Below, piece by piece: positions 31,261-45,526 of a stretch of 64,000 nucleotides of DNA. Position numbers and translations under genes: made by a program. The notes under the pieces were generated by a model that had not been told where the DNA came from, did not search any database, and saw only the letters and a list, made by a program, of their open reading frames with translations. The first letter of the stretch is position 1. Each line of letters starts with the position of its first letter. Source of the DNA: the human T2T-CHM13v2.0 reference genome, Homo sapiens; the NCBI RefSeq assembly GCF_009914755.1, contig NC_060928.1. One strand, given 5' to 3'.

Positions 31261-32709
31261 ATGAAGGCAGAGTATTTTTGCATTGATTCGGAGCTCTGTT
31301 CATGCTAGGAGTCACCAAGGATCCCGGGAAGAGCTGATATCAGAGGGGTATGGAAAAGAAGCAAACTGACATTCTTTCATCCAAAGCTGAAAAACAATTT
31401 CAAAAAGTGTTTATGTGTGTATGGTTTTTTTTCTGTTGTTGTTGTTTTTTTTAAAACAGATAACCAAGTTTTACAGAGGGAAGGACAAGATGAGGAAAGA
31501 TATTTGAATTCTCAACATTTTCCGGCTGTGTTTCAATTCTACAGGGGTCATGGCTTTGCCTAATCCATGCCTGGGATTGGCCTTAAACTCTGTGGGAGTT
31601 CCTGTAGGGAATTCCATTTCATCTCCAATACATTTAAGTCTAATTATGAAAACAGAGTTTATCCACAGGAAAAAAAATGTAAAAACACTGCAAGAGAATA
31701 CATAATACATGGCAATGTGTATAATGCCCCAAGACAGGAGCCATGGACAAGCTTTGGAGGAGAGACAATAGAGAGTGCATGTGGCCCAGAACAATCAAGG
31801 AAAGTTAATGGGATAGACGGTCCTTGGGAAGGATCACGAATGATAAATGCGATCTGGACAAGTGGGAAGTAATCCAGGTGAGAAGAACCTGAGCAAATGT
31901 GTCAATCAAGGAAGAGTAGTGATCTCTTGATGTGACCCATATGACGACCTCTATGTGAGGTTTTAAAATGATTTATTTAGAAGTCATAGGATTTTGATCG
32001 GTTAAGGAACTTAGATTTTCACCAAGTAGAAAAATCCTCTTTTCAAGATCCCTACAGCACCTACCAGCTTCTATCTGAAACACTTCCACTGATGGAGAAC
32101 TGGTCAGTTTTTCAAATAGCTAGTGCTTCCCACGTTACTTTGACCTTTGGCCTTGTTCTGCCTTTCAGTGTAACGTATATCACATTTGCTTACTCAAAAC
32201 ATGACACACACATCCCCAAATTAAAGACAGCATTGGGTGGTTCCTCCCTTGTTTTTATCTTTGTCTTTGGTTCTTCCAATTGTCTTCCCGGGTAGTCCAG
32301 ATGGTGGTAAAAGATCTACCCAGGATGCCTTCTAGTTTGTTAAGGTCCCTTTGAAAACCTGTACCTGGAAGTGAAGTTATCCTGTTTTGGTTTGGAGGAC
32401 TCAGGATTCAGTGGAGTGATCACTTCCTTAACCAGGATACTATGTGTTTACTAATGCAATCTATGATGGTTTTTACTGTTTTGTCTTATTAGATATCTCA
32501 CACTGTTGACTGGAAGAACTCAGTAGGCCTTTAGAGTACAAAACACTTACTACTGTGGCATGAACATAGAAATAAATGAAGGTAGTGATGATGGCTGCCA
32601 ATTCTGACTCTCCTTGCCTGTACTTTGCTCAGTATTTCAGCCTCCAAGTGGACAAGAAATCTCTCCATAAGTAGTTGGAAGAGCTTGTGTATATGGTTGT
32701 CAGCTGGGG

Positions 32710-33168
32710 ATACAGTGGGTAGAATGAGGGTCCCTGCAAAAGATATATCCATGTCTTAACCCCAGAACCTGTGACTATGACCTTACAGGAAAACGATCTA
32801 AGAAGGTGTCATGAGGTTTAGGATCTTGAGATGAGATCATTCTGGATTATCTGAGTGGGTCCTAAATTCAATGACAGATGTCCTTAGACACTTATAAGAC
32901 AGGAGGAGAAGACACAAACGCAGAGGAGAAGGTGATGTGAGGAGAGAGGCAGAGATTGGAATTATGCACCCACAAGCTAAGGAATGTCTAGAGCTACTAG
33001 AAACTGAAAGAGACCAGAGAAGACCCTCTCCTGGAGCCTTCAGAGGAGTGTGGCCCTGCTGTTACCTTTATTTCAAACTTCCAGCCTCCAGAACTGTGAG
33101 ACAATAAATGGGAGTTGTTTTAAGCCACCAAGTTTATGGGTATTTGTTATGGCAGCCCTAGAAATACA
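32710..33168 (+). mobile_element. MLT1 (MaLR) solo LTR
   Basis: CCCCAGAACCTGTGACTATGACCTTA...GCAGAGATTGGAATTATGC...CAGCCTCCAGAACTGTGAGACAATAAAT...GGCAGCCCTAGAAATACA. Confidence 0.85.
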
Positions 33169-34109
33169 GGGGTTACATATTTCCAGGGGTATTCCTGCAG
33201 GAATGGGGTGAATGCTCCCAACGATCCTTTCCAACACTTCTCTATAGGGCTTAGAAATAGGGAAAAATATTTGGAGACAGCAGCCACATAGATTGCTACA
33301 TATTTAGCAACTCTACCCTATTAGAAAATGTATTAATTTCCCTTTAATTCATTAATAAGTTAGAATACAGATGCTTTCAGAGATGACTGTTAGACTAAAT
33401 TTGCAAAGGGCCTCAAGGGAAAAAAAAAAGGCCACAGATAGAATGGCTGAGTGTGTGTATGTTGTGGAAGATGTAATATAAGTCAGACAATCATATTTAA
33501 TGAGGAGTCTGAAAACACATGGTGACTCATGTATTCATGCGAGTATGCAGGAGCCTAAACATGCTGCGCTCTATTCAGAAAAGGCCACGTGACTGTCAAA
33601 GGCAGTCATAAGCAAGTTATGCAAATCATCTCAGCAGATAGCAATGACATATTTAGACCTCCCCATCATGCATGTGCTATTGTGCCAAGAAGCTATTAAA
33701 GAAAATTCTTGGAGAGTTTCGACTCTGCTGCTGGTGAAGTCTTTTGTGTGCCTGTGACAAATGCGTCAAACACAAGAAGCAAATAAGAGTCACTTGAAAA
33801 AAATCATGGAGTCTAAGTCCACATATTCTAAGTCACAAATTAGTGATGTTACCAAAAATGTCCCCGGTTAATTGGGATAGAACTTGCTCCCACTGTTAGA
33901 AGTGTACTAGTCAGCCTACCATGCCAAGGAACTTGGCTTTCTAGAGCAGAGAGAAGTTCTTTCAGATGGATAGGTGAAGAAGGGCAAAGGCGAAGAGAAC
34001 AAGAGTAAACAGATGATTGTAAAAACTGCAAATCTCAAATTGGTGGATCATCTTGTCTACCTTCTACCTGAGGCAGAAATTCTTTTTAGAATATAAAATA
34101 AAAAATAAT

Positions 34110-36970
34110 GATTATTACTATTTAATGAGCAGTTTGCAATATGCAAGATACTGTGCTGGGTATTCAACATGTTTTTTCATTTAATCTAAAATAATCCTAT
34201 GAGATCATTAAGGTAATCTTCACTTTACAGATGAGTGTATGTGCAGCTGAAAAACACAAATCCTCTTTGTCATTCATTTATTAATTCATTCACTCATCCA
34301 GCAAACATACACCATGCACTAAATATGCCAAAAAAAATGATCACCTTCAGTGACAAGAAACTCAGTATCCCAAAAGGCAACCTACTACATTTTCGGACAA
34401 CTCTAATTCATAGAAAGTTCTTCCTCTTACTGATCTGAAGTGTGTATCTGTGTAACTAACCAAATAGGTCACTGTGGTGTCCTCATGTCACACAGAACAA
34501 AATGGAGGAAATGGTAAACACAGAAAGTTTACGGGAGACAACAAACGTTTTCTGTTCCTGATTTCAGCTCAGTGTAGTTTTCCACATTTTATGGTTTTTT
34601 TATGGTTTTCATGTCAACCCTATTCTTTGGGGATAGTTAATGATTAAATCATATTAACCCAGGAACAGTGACACAGTCTTCCTTCCAAACAGTTTTGAAA
34701 AGCCTTTGATACTTTGGAGGCATTGTCAGAGGACAATAAATTTGCCAACCACATAAAAGAGAGTCTATGTAATGTCAGTACATAAATATTAGGAATAGTT
34801 GTATGCTACTGGGAAGTCCATGAATACTGAGGCAATGAGGAGGACACACTTTAGAGCATCTCTTATGTGTCCTCGCCTTGCCAGCATCTTACAGACGGCA
34901 TTTCGAGTAGTCAAGATCGTATCCTGGTCAAGAGAGTGAAAGGAAAAAAAAAGTAGTCAAGATCCCACCAGACCCTATTTTCTCCACTTTAAGTGAGGAA
35001 TTCAAATATAGAAAGGAAGTCTTAGCCAAGGTCTTGGAGACAAGGAGACAGTGACAGGTGAAGCCAGGAAATCACCGCTCCAGGAAGACCCGCTGTTTAC
35101 TCACATCACAGAAGCCCACTCCCCACAGGTTTATGAAAGACCAGGCATTTCCACTGGCAGCCACTCTACCCTGGAACTCCAAGAGAAACAACACAATCTT
35201 TGTTAACAGGTTTTCCTCCTCTGCCTTTGGGAGCCTTTTGGGAAATCTTTTTTTGCTCAGTCTTTGGCCCTCAACGTACTACCGTTTCCATCATTATTAC
35301 ATCCAGATAGTAGCATGACCTAAGATGTCTAACTGTAAGCAATATAAAAATGTTTAAAATAATATAACAATAGTTAACACTCACTGAACATTTAAAATAT
35401 GCCAGGCACTTTCCATGTAATTATTTCAATTATTCCTCCCAACAGCTCTGAGTCTGGGAAGTATTTCATTTCCCAGCTGATGAAACCAAAGCAAAGAAAT
35501 ATTAAGGAACTTATTTAGGCTAGCAACTACATGGTAGAACTGGGTCTGATACACAGACCTGTCTGATACTATCAACTATGCCTTCCTTTCAATATTTACA
35601 AGTAACACTGTGGCAGGTACCATTCCAAGCACTTTACACATTTCAACCCATTTCATCTTCATGATAACCCTATTACATAGCTGATGAGAGCAGCTTAAAG
35701 AATCTGTCCCAGGTCACACAGGTAGCACATGGTAGATCTGGGTTTCAAAAACCCAGGTAGGCAGCCTGATGCCAGAGACCAGACCACTATTCTAAAGCAG
35801 TAGCATTGCCCCACCTAGAATGGAATGAATAAGATTGATATTTTCTAGTGAGGCACTACCCAGTCCCCCCAGTCAGTCTGACCTACCCACCTGGACATGC
35901 AGCCCACCTTGCTTCAGTTGTAAGGATGGAGGGGGCCTGTGAAGTACACCATTTTAGCGTCCTTTGGGGAAAAATGTAGCTAAGGAAACTGACATGCAGG
36001 GGGGTTGAGGTTCTCCCTTAGGGCTCCGTAGGCAAGCTAGTAGAACAGTAGAACCCACTGACCTCAATCCACTAATCCCTTACTCTTGAATGATGAAAAT
36101 TTGTGGTATCCCTGAAGGGCGAGACCCAGAGAAGTGACCAGGGCCCTGGGCACACAACTGCTCATATGCAATGACTCAAGGTCACCCAAGGGCACAGGGT
36201 ATTGCATGACAAGGCCAATCACATCCAATGGGTCATGAACCTCCTTCTATGGTACAATGAGGCTCCAAACCAGGGGCTTCCTCCTGCCAGAGGCTCGGCA
36301 TGAACCCTCACTCTGGTTAGGGAGAAGGGTGTTTATCTGTGAGACTGGAGGAGACCAAACACCCAGTCTGCCCTGGAGATAGCACGACTGACAGCAAAAA
36401 GAACTCTCTGCCAAGTCAGATTACAGCAATGACAACTGGACATTTCCCCCGAAAGGCCCATGGAGAATCACATTTTGTGGGTCTGTTGCAGGATGAGAGC
36501 CTTAGAGTGGGAAAAGGAAGAAATCACAGCCAGCCAGCAACTCCTAAAAGCTTTGCCTGTGAGGCTAGCGGAGACAAATCTGCCCACCTTGTTTAATGAC
36601 ATTGTTTAAGAATTCTCCTGCCTGTTTTCTTTTTCCAAACTGTTAACATTGCAGTTAATTACCTACAATTAATTACAATAACAAGAACTATCAAGGTTCC
36701 TACAACTGCAACCACATATGATCTTTATCTTGATAGAGTCAGACTCTCTCCTCCAAGCAACCTAGGAAAATTCCTTCCAAAGGAAGAACCTAGCCTCAGT
36801 TTAGCACCAGTTAACACCAGGCATTGGTCGCTGGATGCTAACATATATTAGCTACCTCATTTACTTCTCACAACCACATTAGATCATGGGGATTATTATC
36901 TCCCATCTTACCGATGAAGAAACTGAAAGTCAGAGAAGTAACTTGCTCAAGGATATAAATGAAGGAGATT
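34110..36970. mobile_element. Scattered MIR fragments (about 34110-34250, 35370-35790 and 36810-36970)
   Basis: Recurrent TTTACAGATGAG / GAAACTGA / AACTTGCTCAAGG / CAGGTCACACAG MIR motifs; boundaries approximate. Confidence 0.55.
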
Positions 36971-38678
36971 GCACATTTTTCCATCAGGCCTATGTCCACT
37001 TGAACCAATGGGTGGAGTTACCACAGGAACTCTGGACAGGACTTGTGTGTAAATTACCCAACAGACCAACTGCATTCTAGTCAATCTGACTCTGAATTCC
37101 AGTCTTTGTCACTTCTTTTCTTTCTTCTACCTGGGGGTACAGTGTCTACAGCTTTGTTCCTTTAATACTCAGACATGCTGACATACAGTGATGAAATTAT
37201 TTATTTAATCATAAATTAACTACTGTGAAAAGCACTAATCAACCATGGTAAACCAGAGGCAATGTAATCTTGAGGAGAGGTTTAGATGCACTTTTATCAG
37301 AAGATCCAAGCTTTGAATCAAGTGAGAACCTTAGTAAGAGACAAGTGGTGGCCAAACCCCCCCCCTTAAACTCACAAGCTTGGGGAAAATAATAAACAAA
37401 GGTCAGTTAAGGAAGAACAATAGGGACCTCCAAACAGTAAGACAGAAATTAGCAACAAGAACTGGGCAGATTCTTAGTGGTGAGGAACGACTGTCTGTCT
37501 AAGGCAAAAATGATCTCAGCTTGTTTCAATTCATACCTTGGGAGAATTTACATGCATTTTGTATTTCTGGGTGGATGAACAGGAGCATAATTCCTAACAG
37601 ATTATTCCCTTGCAAACATCTGCTAACTTAAATCTCAGAAAAACAGCTGATGTTGGAATCTAGAATGAAGTGTCTCGCAGATTTATTTCTTTTTCCAGTT
37701 TTTCCAGCTCATCCCAGCAGGCAGCTGGGCTTAAAAATGGTTTCCTTTCTCTGACAACAATATTGGCTAAAGAGTTTGACTATTGGGCTGTCAAGAACAG
37801 AAGTAGTACAGGCTGTGTGATCAGGATTAAGAAAACAAAAATGGATCCTAGAGGTAAAATTACTTTAAAAGCCAGGTCCTGGCAGAACAACTTCCTCGGT
37901 ATATTTGCTATTAAAAGAAAAAGAGACAGAAAAAGCCAAAGAGGTCCAAAAAATTAAAAATCAGACCTGAAGTCACATTCTTGCGGCAATGAGGGAATTA
38001 ATTCTTACTGTAACCAAAGGTCAGCAGGCAGCCAGTCCAGGTCTAAATGTAAACAAATTCTAAATGCACACTGCAAAGTCGTATTTAAAAGAGTGTTCAA
38101 CAAAGAGCAAAGAAAATGGTAGACTTTTTCAGAGAAGAGAGGAAAACTGGAACGCACAGCTTCTGAATAGGGCAACAGAATTTGCCCTGAGGAACAGGTT
38201 TTCAGGGGGAAAGAAAAAAAAACTAGGGACACTTCACAGGTTTAGATCAAAATACAGGGAGGAAGAAAAGGAAAAATAAGAACTCTGAATCCAGTCTGCA
38301 CTGGCCTCCTAGCCCCCGTTAAACGGGCTGAACAGATCTGCACCTTCGCGCTAAGTTTCAAAACAAAAGCCTTCACTCTACTTCTCTTTAGGTTGTTGTT
38401 GTTGTTTTAATCAGATCAAGTACGAGGACAAGCACAGGCTGGATTAATGATCAGAGAAACAAAAAGGATTAAATATCTGGCCTGGGAGAAGTTTATTGTG
38501 CAACTAGAATGTCAAAGTCATCTCTCTACTCTTCTGTCTCAAAAAAGCTTCTCCCTCTGGGGCAAACACTAGCGACAAGCCGTTCAGCTTGTATTTTTTC
38601 ATTCAAATTCCGTGTTCAGATCCCTCAGGGGCCAGTGGTCTAAATGCCAAGAGAGAAAAATGGAGGGTTTCAACTCAC

Positions 38679-38760
38679 CTCTTCAAGCGACTGTCTGGGG
38701 CTCTCCAAGCAGCAGCAGGCAGGCAGCTCTCATTCCTTGTGGGTGAACCGAGCAGCTCCT
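38679..38760 (-). other. LNX1: Probable non-coding first exon of the LNX1 long isoform
   Basis: Strong donor GAG|GTGAGT at 38679/38678 in a repeat-free, CpG-enriched island, with CCAAT and GC boxes just upstream; the RING exon needs an upstream exon; 5' boundary is a guess. Confidence 0.6.
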
Positions 38761-40750
38761 TGGGCCGCCGGAGTTGTGACCAGCCTCAACTTCGGTGAAC
38801 AGGTGCCTGGAGGAAGGAGGACGGCATTGGTCGCTCCAGACCAGGAAATGGGTGACATCACGGAAGCCCCGACAGATAAAGCATTGCTGAGACCTTAGGG
38901 ATTGAAAGAGTCAGGAGGCCCCGCCCACCTGTCATTTACCTGAATACCTGCAAGCAGGTAGGTGGCGTCTCTTTGTGGACAAATGAATCAGTTAGAGCAA
39001 TTTGCCAGGTGGAATTTACTTTCTTTCCTGAGCACAGCACGTGTCCAGCCCCGTGTTCAGATCTGAAGTCAAATGCCTGGTTGTTTCCCAGGCCCTCCCC
39101 TTTCCCCATATCTGCCCACAAAGGAGTTAAAAGGGAAGTTTAAACACCAAAATGAGACAGTAATTTAGCAGACACAAAAAGGAAGAGTGTGAAGCCGAAC
39201 TTCTTAGAAATATCTGAGGTGCCTTTTCGAACCGCATCCATTTGAACACCAAGTGTTTCTCTAATTCCAATAAAATGACAAATTTAAGGTGACATTTCCA
39301 ATTCATCTTTTAAACAATTTGAAATAGGATACCTGTCAGCAGTTTCAAAGTGGTTTTCAAACACTTTTGCGCTACCCCCTCCCCCGCCCAGCATTTTTAA
39401 TTCCATATTCAGGAATTTGCAAAACTTCAGTCATTCCTATCTCGGCTGGCTTGGCAGTTAGAGTCATACGGCAGTTACAGTGCACTGCAGGCCTGCAATT
39501 AGGAGCAATTTAAATGATTCAGATTGGAATGGTAGTACTGTCATTAGGCGATGTTGTCTGCTGATATAGCCAGGAAAGAGACGTCAGAGTTATTTCTGTC
39601 CCAAGCGTGGTGTGTGACCCTGGACAAGTCACTGGTTGCTTCACCTTTTCCAGCAGGAAAGGAGGCGTAAACTCATCCAGCACCAGAGCAGGCAGCTGGG
39701 AGGTATCCCAGGACTGTTAAACTCTCTGGCATCTTCCCAGGAGGGCTGTAAACATCTCCCATCATCCCATTGAAACGCTGCGTATTTTTACCACCTGCAT
39801 CCAGCATCCCTGGAACTCATTACCTGAGGAAACTGTGGATTCCCCGTCCCGGAAGATGGCCTGCCTGCCCAGAGAGAATTTTTTTTCCCCTTCAGGAAAA
39901 TAAATGTTGACATTCCTATTTTCCTCCTACTTTTGCCTCCCTCGTCTTCTTCTTTCCCTCCTCCTGATTTTGGGAATGCTTTTGTTCCACCGGTTTTAAT
40001 ATTGGACTACCTAGAGGTTTTGGGGTTTGGTTTGGGGGAGGGTGGAGGAAGAAGGAAAAATGGGAGAGGGAAGAAAAGGAAGTCCGGATTCCCACAGCCT
40101 GGGCCTCAGCTGGCTGCAGTCAGTCAATAGCTCGCAAAGCAAGGGGGAGGAGAAGGAAGAGAAATTGTAGTCGAGGGCGGGGTCTGGGGGCCGGCTCTGG
40201 TGCTCGACCTCAGGGGAGCTGGCTCCTGTCCCCGATCCGCCCCAGACAGGTCTAAGCTACCTCTTTGCACCTGGGAACTCTGTGCCTTTTGAGAGTTGAA
40301 GGCTTAAAACAACAACAACCACCACAACAAAACTATTCACCTTTTTATCCAATAGAAACTAAGGTAGGTGTGGCTATTCCTTTATTATTTAAAAGAAAAA
40401 AAGGGAGGTAACAAAACCTTTTACACTCAGGTGTTTCAGGAAAAGGTTTCACGCCACTAGTTTGATAATTGAGAAACATCACTCACACAAAGGCCCCCCT
40501 CTTCACGCGGACAGGGTGTCCCCTGGGCAAGGGGGAGGGGAGGGAGAGCCCGCCAACCTGATGAATCATCTAGAAGGCCACGCCTTCAGCGGTCTTGCCT
40601 TTGGCGAAGGGCAGGATCCAACTTGGGAGGGGATCACAGGCTTCGGTTCAAGGCCTTGGGTGGGCAGGGGAAGGGTGTAGGTGAAATGAATTCGCATAAA
40701 GCTTCACCGAACAGCCTGGAGATCGTGAGGTTTCACTTGCCATGTTCACA
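38760..40750. promoter_or_regulatory. LNX1 upstream promoter region, possibly bidirectional
   Basis: Minus-strand CCAAT at 38826-38830; GC boxes at 38919-38926, about 39381 and 40175-40182; raised CpG and G-run content; no repeats recognised. Confidence 0.55.
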
Positions 40751-42001
40751 TACACACAGTCATCTACATATGTGGTGTGATGAATTGTTGTAAAACAGAA
40801 AGAAAATAGAGAAATAAGAGTTAATCCAGGAGTGGAGCTAACTCCCAGGTATAGTGTATAAAGGAAGAGAAAAAACTACACAATTAGCCTTCTCAGGTGA
40901 GATCTTTCTTGGTACTCCTGGATTTCGAATAATATGCAGGGGTTAAAAAAAATAATATGGGCTTTTTTTTTGGGCCATTAGGGCTGTTACATTATCATGG
41001 AAATTATATTTCTAAACTACTAGAAAAAAATGTAATCATAAAAATGAACATTGTGTTTAACAGGTGCTACTTATTGTTCTGAGCACTTTATACAAGAACC
41101 CTGTGTCAGGTATCATTGCTATTTGCATTCTACAGCTGGGAAAACCAAGACATAGTGAATCTGAGAAACTGCCTAAGGACAAGCTCATCGGCAAGCGGCA
41201 GAGCAGTTTTTAATCAAGGCCCACTTTTTAACCACTGGAAAGAAAAGAGGGAAGGTTCTGATTTCATGCTCACTGGGACACTTCCTGGACACATTCAGCT
41301 TCTTACCCATTATTCAGAAGGAGAAGTAGAAACCTGTAGAAGTAGCCCTGGGGAGGGTAGTTTCTGATAAAGGATGTCTCCATTTGGAAATTAATTAGTA
41401 ATCTGGTCTATATGCTGAAAGTGTGTGTATAATATATATATATATATGTATATATAAATATGTATATATTCATAAATTCATGCATATATTTATGAGAAAT
41501 CATACCAGGAAATCCATCGCCCCTGGGTGCACACTTGAAATCATCTTTTGAGAGCTTATCAAATCAACCCCAAGATGGAAGGCCAGCTTGAGGGACCCCT
41601 CAAGAATGACCAGTTGTAACTCTCTATGACATCTTTTATGGTCATTTTTCTCTGCAACTTCTGCGGCCTATCACTTTAAAATCTGAAAATTTAATCCGAG
41701 TGGCCATAAGAACATGGAACTGCATACATTTGGAAAATATGAGACAATGAAAAATTAAGTTTCATTATAAACCACTACCAGGAAGAATGGTTTAGACTAG
41801 GCTTGGCAAATCCTGGACATATAGTGCTCCATTCCCCCCTCCCATACCATTCTCACTGTCATTGCTAAAGACCATGACACTTTTCAACTCAGAAGGAACT
41901 TTGGAATCTTGAAGATATTACTCCAGGCACACTAGCAGTTGGTTTTACCCCCCAAGATCAAACCCTTTTCTTTTACTTTCTTACTTTCTTTTCTTTCTTT
42001 C

Positions 42002-42297
42002 TTTTTTAATTTTTTTTTTTAGAGACAACTCTCCCTTTGTCATCCAAGCTATAGTGCAGTGGTGCCATCATGGCTCACTGCAGCCCCAACCTCCTGGGCT
42101 CAAGTGATCCTCCCACCTCAGCCTCCCAAGTAGCTGGGACCACAGGCACGTGCCACCATGCCCTGCTAGTTTTTAAATTTTTTCTAGAGATGAGGTCTCA
42201 CTATGGTGCCCAGGCTGTTCTCAAACTCCTGACCTCAAGTGATCCTCCCACCTCGGCCTCCCAAAGTGCTGGGATTACAGGTGCGAGCCACTTGGTC
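42002..42297 (-). mobile_element. AluJ element
   Basis: CATCATGGCTCACTGCAGCCCCAACCTCCTGGGCTCAAGTGATCCTCCCACC. Confidence 0.9.
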
Positions 42298-45200
42298 CCC
42301 TTTTCTATCTCTAGTTGGACAGTAAGTGAGACAGAGAAGAGGGCTGATCAGGAAGCAAAAATATTGGTGTTGGCTGGTGCCATTGGGGAATATTTCATGA
42401 AGAAAGGAACATGAATTGGGCCTTGAACGATTTGGAGAGGTGGTGAGAGGGCACAGATCATTCCAGACAGGGCAGTGGCATGGGTGGAACAGGAATGATC
42501 ATAGCAGATATCTGTTGGGGAGGAACATGTGTGTGGTGGGGGAGAAGAGGAATACGAGACAATGAAATACCCACCTTGCTAGGGTGAAGAGGATCCACTG
42601 ATTGCTAAATTTAGATGGGCTGAGACTGTAAAGAGCCTCGGGAACCTCAAGGGCTAACTGCTTCATGTCCTCACATGCCTGTTGACTACTTTTCTCATGA
42701 TGATTAAACAGCTTAAGAAAAAGAAACTCAGTATCTTGGGCATGGGGTAATTTCTTATGCATGACAATGGTTTTCAGCATTGAGCTAAACTTCCAGGATA
42801 TGCCATTTCGGCAACCACATGATCTTTCTCTTTAGGAGCAAGCCTCCTTTGCAGTCAACATATCCTGGAAACTTTGTTCTTTGGATAGGCAGGTGGAAAA
42901 CATTAGAAAGCTTTCTGAACTCAAAGTTGGGCCTGTCCTAGTTAACCAGCCGGCTCACTTGGGCTTTTTGATTAGTTTGAATTCCTTTATATATCTTGAC
43001 AGGGAAATCTAAGGGGGGAAGGAGGTCTGTCTTCAAAGCTCTTTTCTTGTAGATCCCCCCATGAAGCTTGGCGTTCTCAAGGACTCCTCCTGGCAATGAA
43101 CCTACAGCGAAGACCATGCCTTGTGATTCAGCAGAATTACTTTGCCCATTTTGCTTCCTATTTTTTTTTCCCATGACATATTTCTAGAGTTGTCTATGAT
43201 GATTGAATGCCACAATTAAAATGGACATATTCCATTTGACTTTAATAAAAGTCATCTCTACAAAAAGCCTCTTTGGCTATCTTCTAAAGGTATTTAACAT
43301 TATGATTTGGACTTGCTTATTACATTACATACCATCATATTGGCCGTAATTACTTTTTTAAATGGGCTCAGCTCCATATCTTTTATTGGCTAATTATATG
43401 TGCTTAGCATAACGCAGATGAGCAGATCTCAGAAGGGCAATTATGGGAAATAAGAGTAATAATCACAAACATCAGCTGATGTGATAGAATGCCATCTGGT
43501 TCTGTGTATATGGAAGATATTCCATTTCTCTCACAAACTTACAACCTGTGTGTTGCCTGGTTTGCAGATGAGTTTCTAGGGTAACCTGTGGACCTACAGT
43601 TTAGGAGGAAACACTTCTCTGGTTTGTGTGCTTTTGGGGAGAGAGAGAGTATCTCAGGGAAATTAGCATTAAATCAATTATTGAAGTTGGCGCACATTTT
43701 GTGAAAGTTTACCACACTGATTTGTGGTCAGCATGTTCTTCTTTAGTAGGGAGAAAAAAAGAACTTCATTGTTACTGTGTTTATAATGGTCACGAGACCT
43801 ATATCTTATGACAATTACACATATTTTTATGTTTCTATGATCTCCATTCTTGCATAAACAGGGTGGATTATTCCCAGGGAATTTTTTGGTGGTGGCTGTT
43901 GCTATTTCGAAGGTTGCCATGTCTTTGTTCTTTCTTGGATCCTTCATACATGGCTACTTTAATTGACCCAGTTCCACATACCAGATTTAAAATGTCTCTT
44001 CTCCTTGTTAACTTTGACTTCATCCTGAAGGCTTCCACATTCTTGTAGATGACCCCTCCAGCATCCCTGACTTCCCTCTATTATAATGACAATGACATTC
44101 CCCTCTACTTCTATTGAGTCACCCATTCTCAGGATCACCCCTTAGATCTTGTTATCACCCCAAAATCTCCCATTTCAAAAGAAATCTGAGAATGCAACTC
44201 TCTACTGTATTTTCTTATTCATTCGGATTTTTCATTCCCTTCCTCAAATTTTACATTCTTTCTGGATGGACTGTACTGTCTGGTTCCTGGACTCCGGGAG
44301 GCTGCCCAAGAATATCTGTTCCTTACTAGTTTCACTTTAGGTCCATCTAGCCCAGATCCTACTTCCTTGCCAGCATCTTCAGCTTCCTAAGGACCTGGCA
44401 AAACCATGTTGCCAGCCTCTTTTTCTACGAGCCTGGAGATGAGTGCCTCTACCTATGTATGCTTTGCAATGCTAGCTGCACTTGTCACTCTCCTTGGCAA
44501 ACTATCAATTGATATTCCTGATCAGTCCCTCTTCCTGGCAATCCATCAATTGATATTCCTGATCTTTTCAGTAGTCATTCACCCTCAGCTCCTTTGCCTT
44601 GCCTGGCCTGTGAGGCTTTTTATGATCTGGCCCCTGTCTGCCTTCAAACTTTATCCATATCTCTGATCCTTTGCAAGCACAGAATGCCACCACCTGCCAG
44701 CCCCCATGCCATAGTAACACTGTGTTAGAGGGGTGCACTCCCCTCACCCCCATTTCCATAGAGAACTGGTTTTCTAAGCACATTCTGGCCATGTTCCACC
44801 CTTCATTCTCTCTGTCCCTGGGAGTCCTTGACTGGTAAAATGGAAATGGACAGCAGGGCAAACTTGGGTTTGCACCTCTCTTTCCTGTCTTGAAAGTGAG
44901 CCAGAGCTTTCGTCTGTGGCTCCACACTCTGAGTCTCTCCAGGGCAGACTTCTGTCTAGGAGGCTGCCATGCCTACATCTGCCCAGTCTGAGTGCCTTCT
45001 AGCTTTGTTTCCCTTGTTCTAACCTTGTTCTCCAATTTAGCCATTGTCATTTCAAAGGTGATATTTTGGCCTCCAAAATTATTCTTTTAAAATTTTCTCA
45101 AACTATCCTGAACCTAGGTGAGGAAAAGGGGTCCTCCTTGAATACTCCCCAAACCTGACTGTCTGTGGTTCTCATAACAACCAGACTGGACATTTTTATG

Positions 45201-45526
45201 GTTATTTCTCACATTTGTTGAACCATTGCCTAGATCAATGTTATGCTCTTTGCCCATGTTCTGAATCCTGGCAAAAAAATCCCATGAACTAACTACAAAC
45301 AGGTGAAGAGACTGAGTCTCTGCGAGGTAAAGTAACTTGTCCAACATGCCTGGTTGGTTATGGGCAGACTTGAGATTCAGTCCCAGGCAGTATTATTCCT
45401 CCATCTGCAGGGCTCAGCTCAGATACCATCTCCTTTATAGGACCTTCCTGACTTCCCTAAGCAGATATTGATGCCTGTTCTGCACTCGTGACATACTCTA
45501 CTTCAGCAATTATTTTACTGACTGTG

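Noticed and set aside
30859-31308. 149-aa polyQ-containing ORF, and antisense poly-C/poly-V ORFs
   Set aside because: These are translations of a (CAA)n microsatellite in intronic DNA, with no recognisable domain or splice context.
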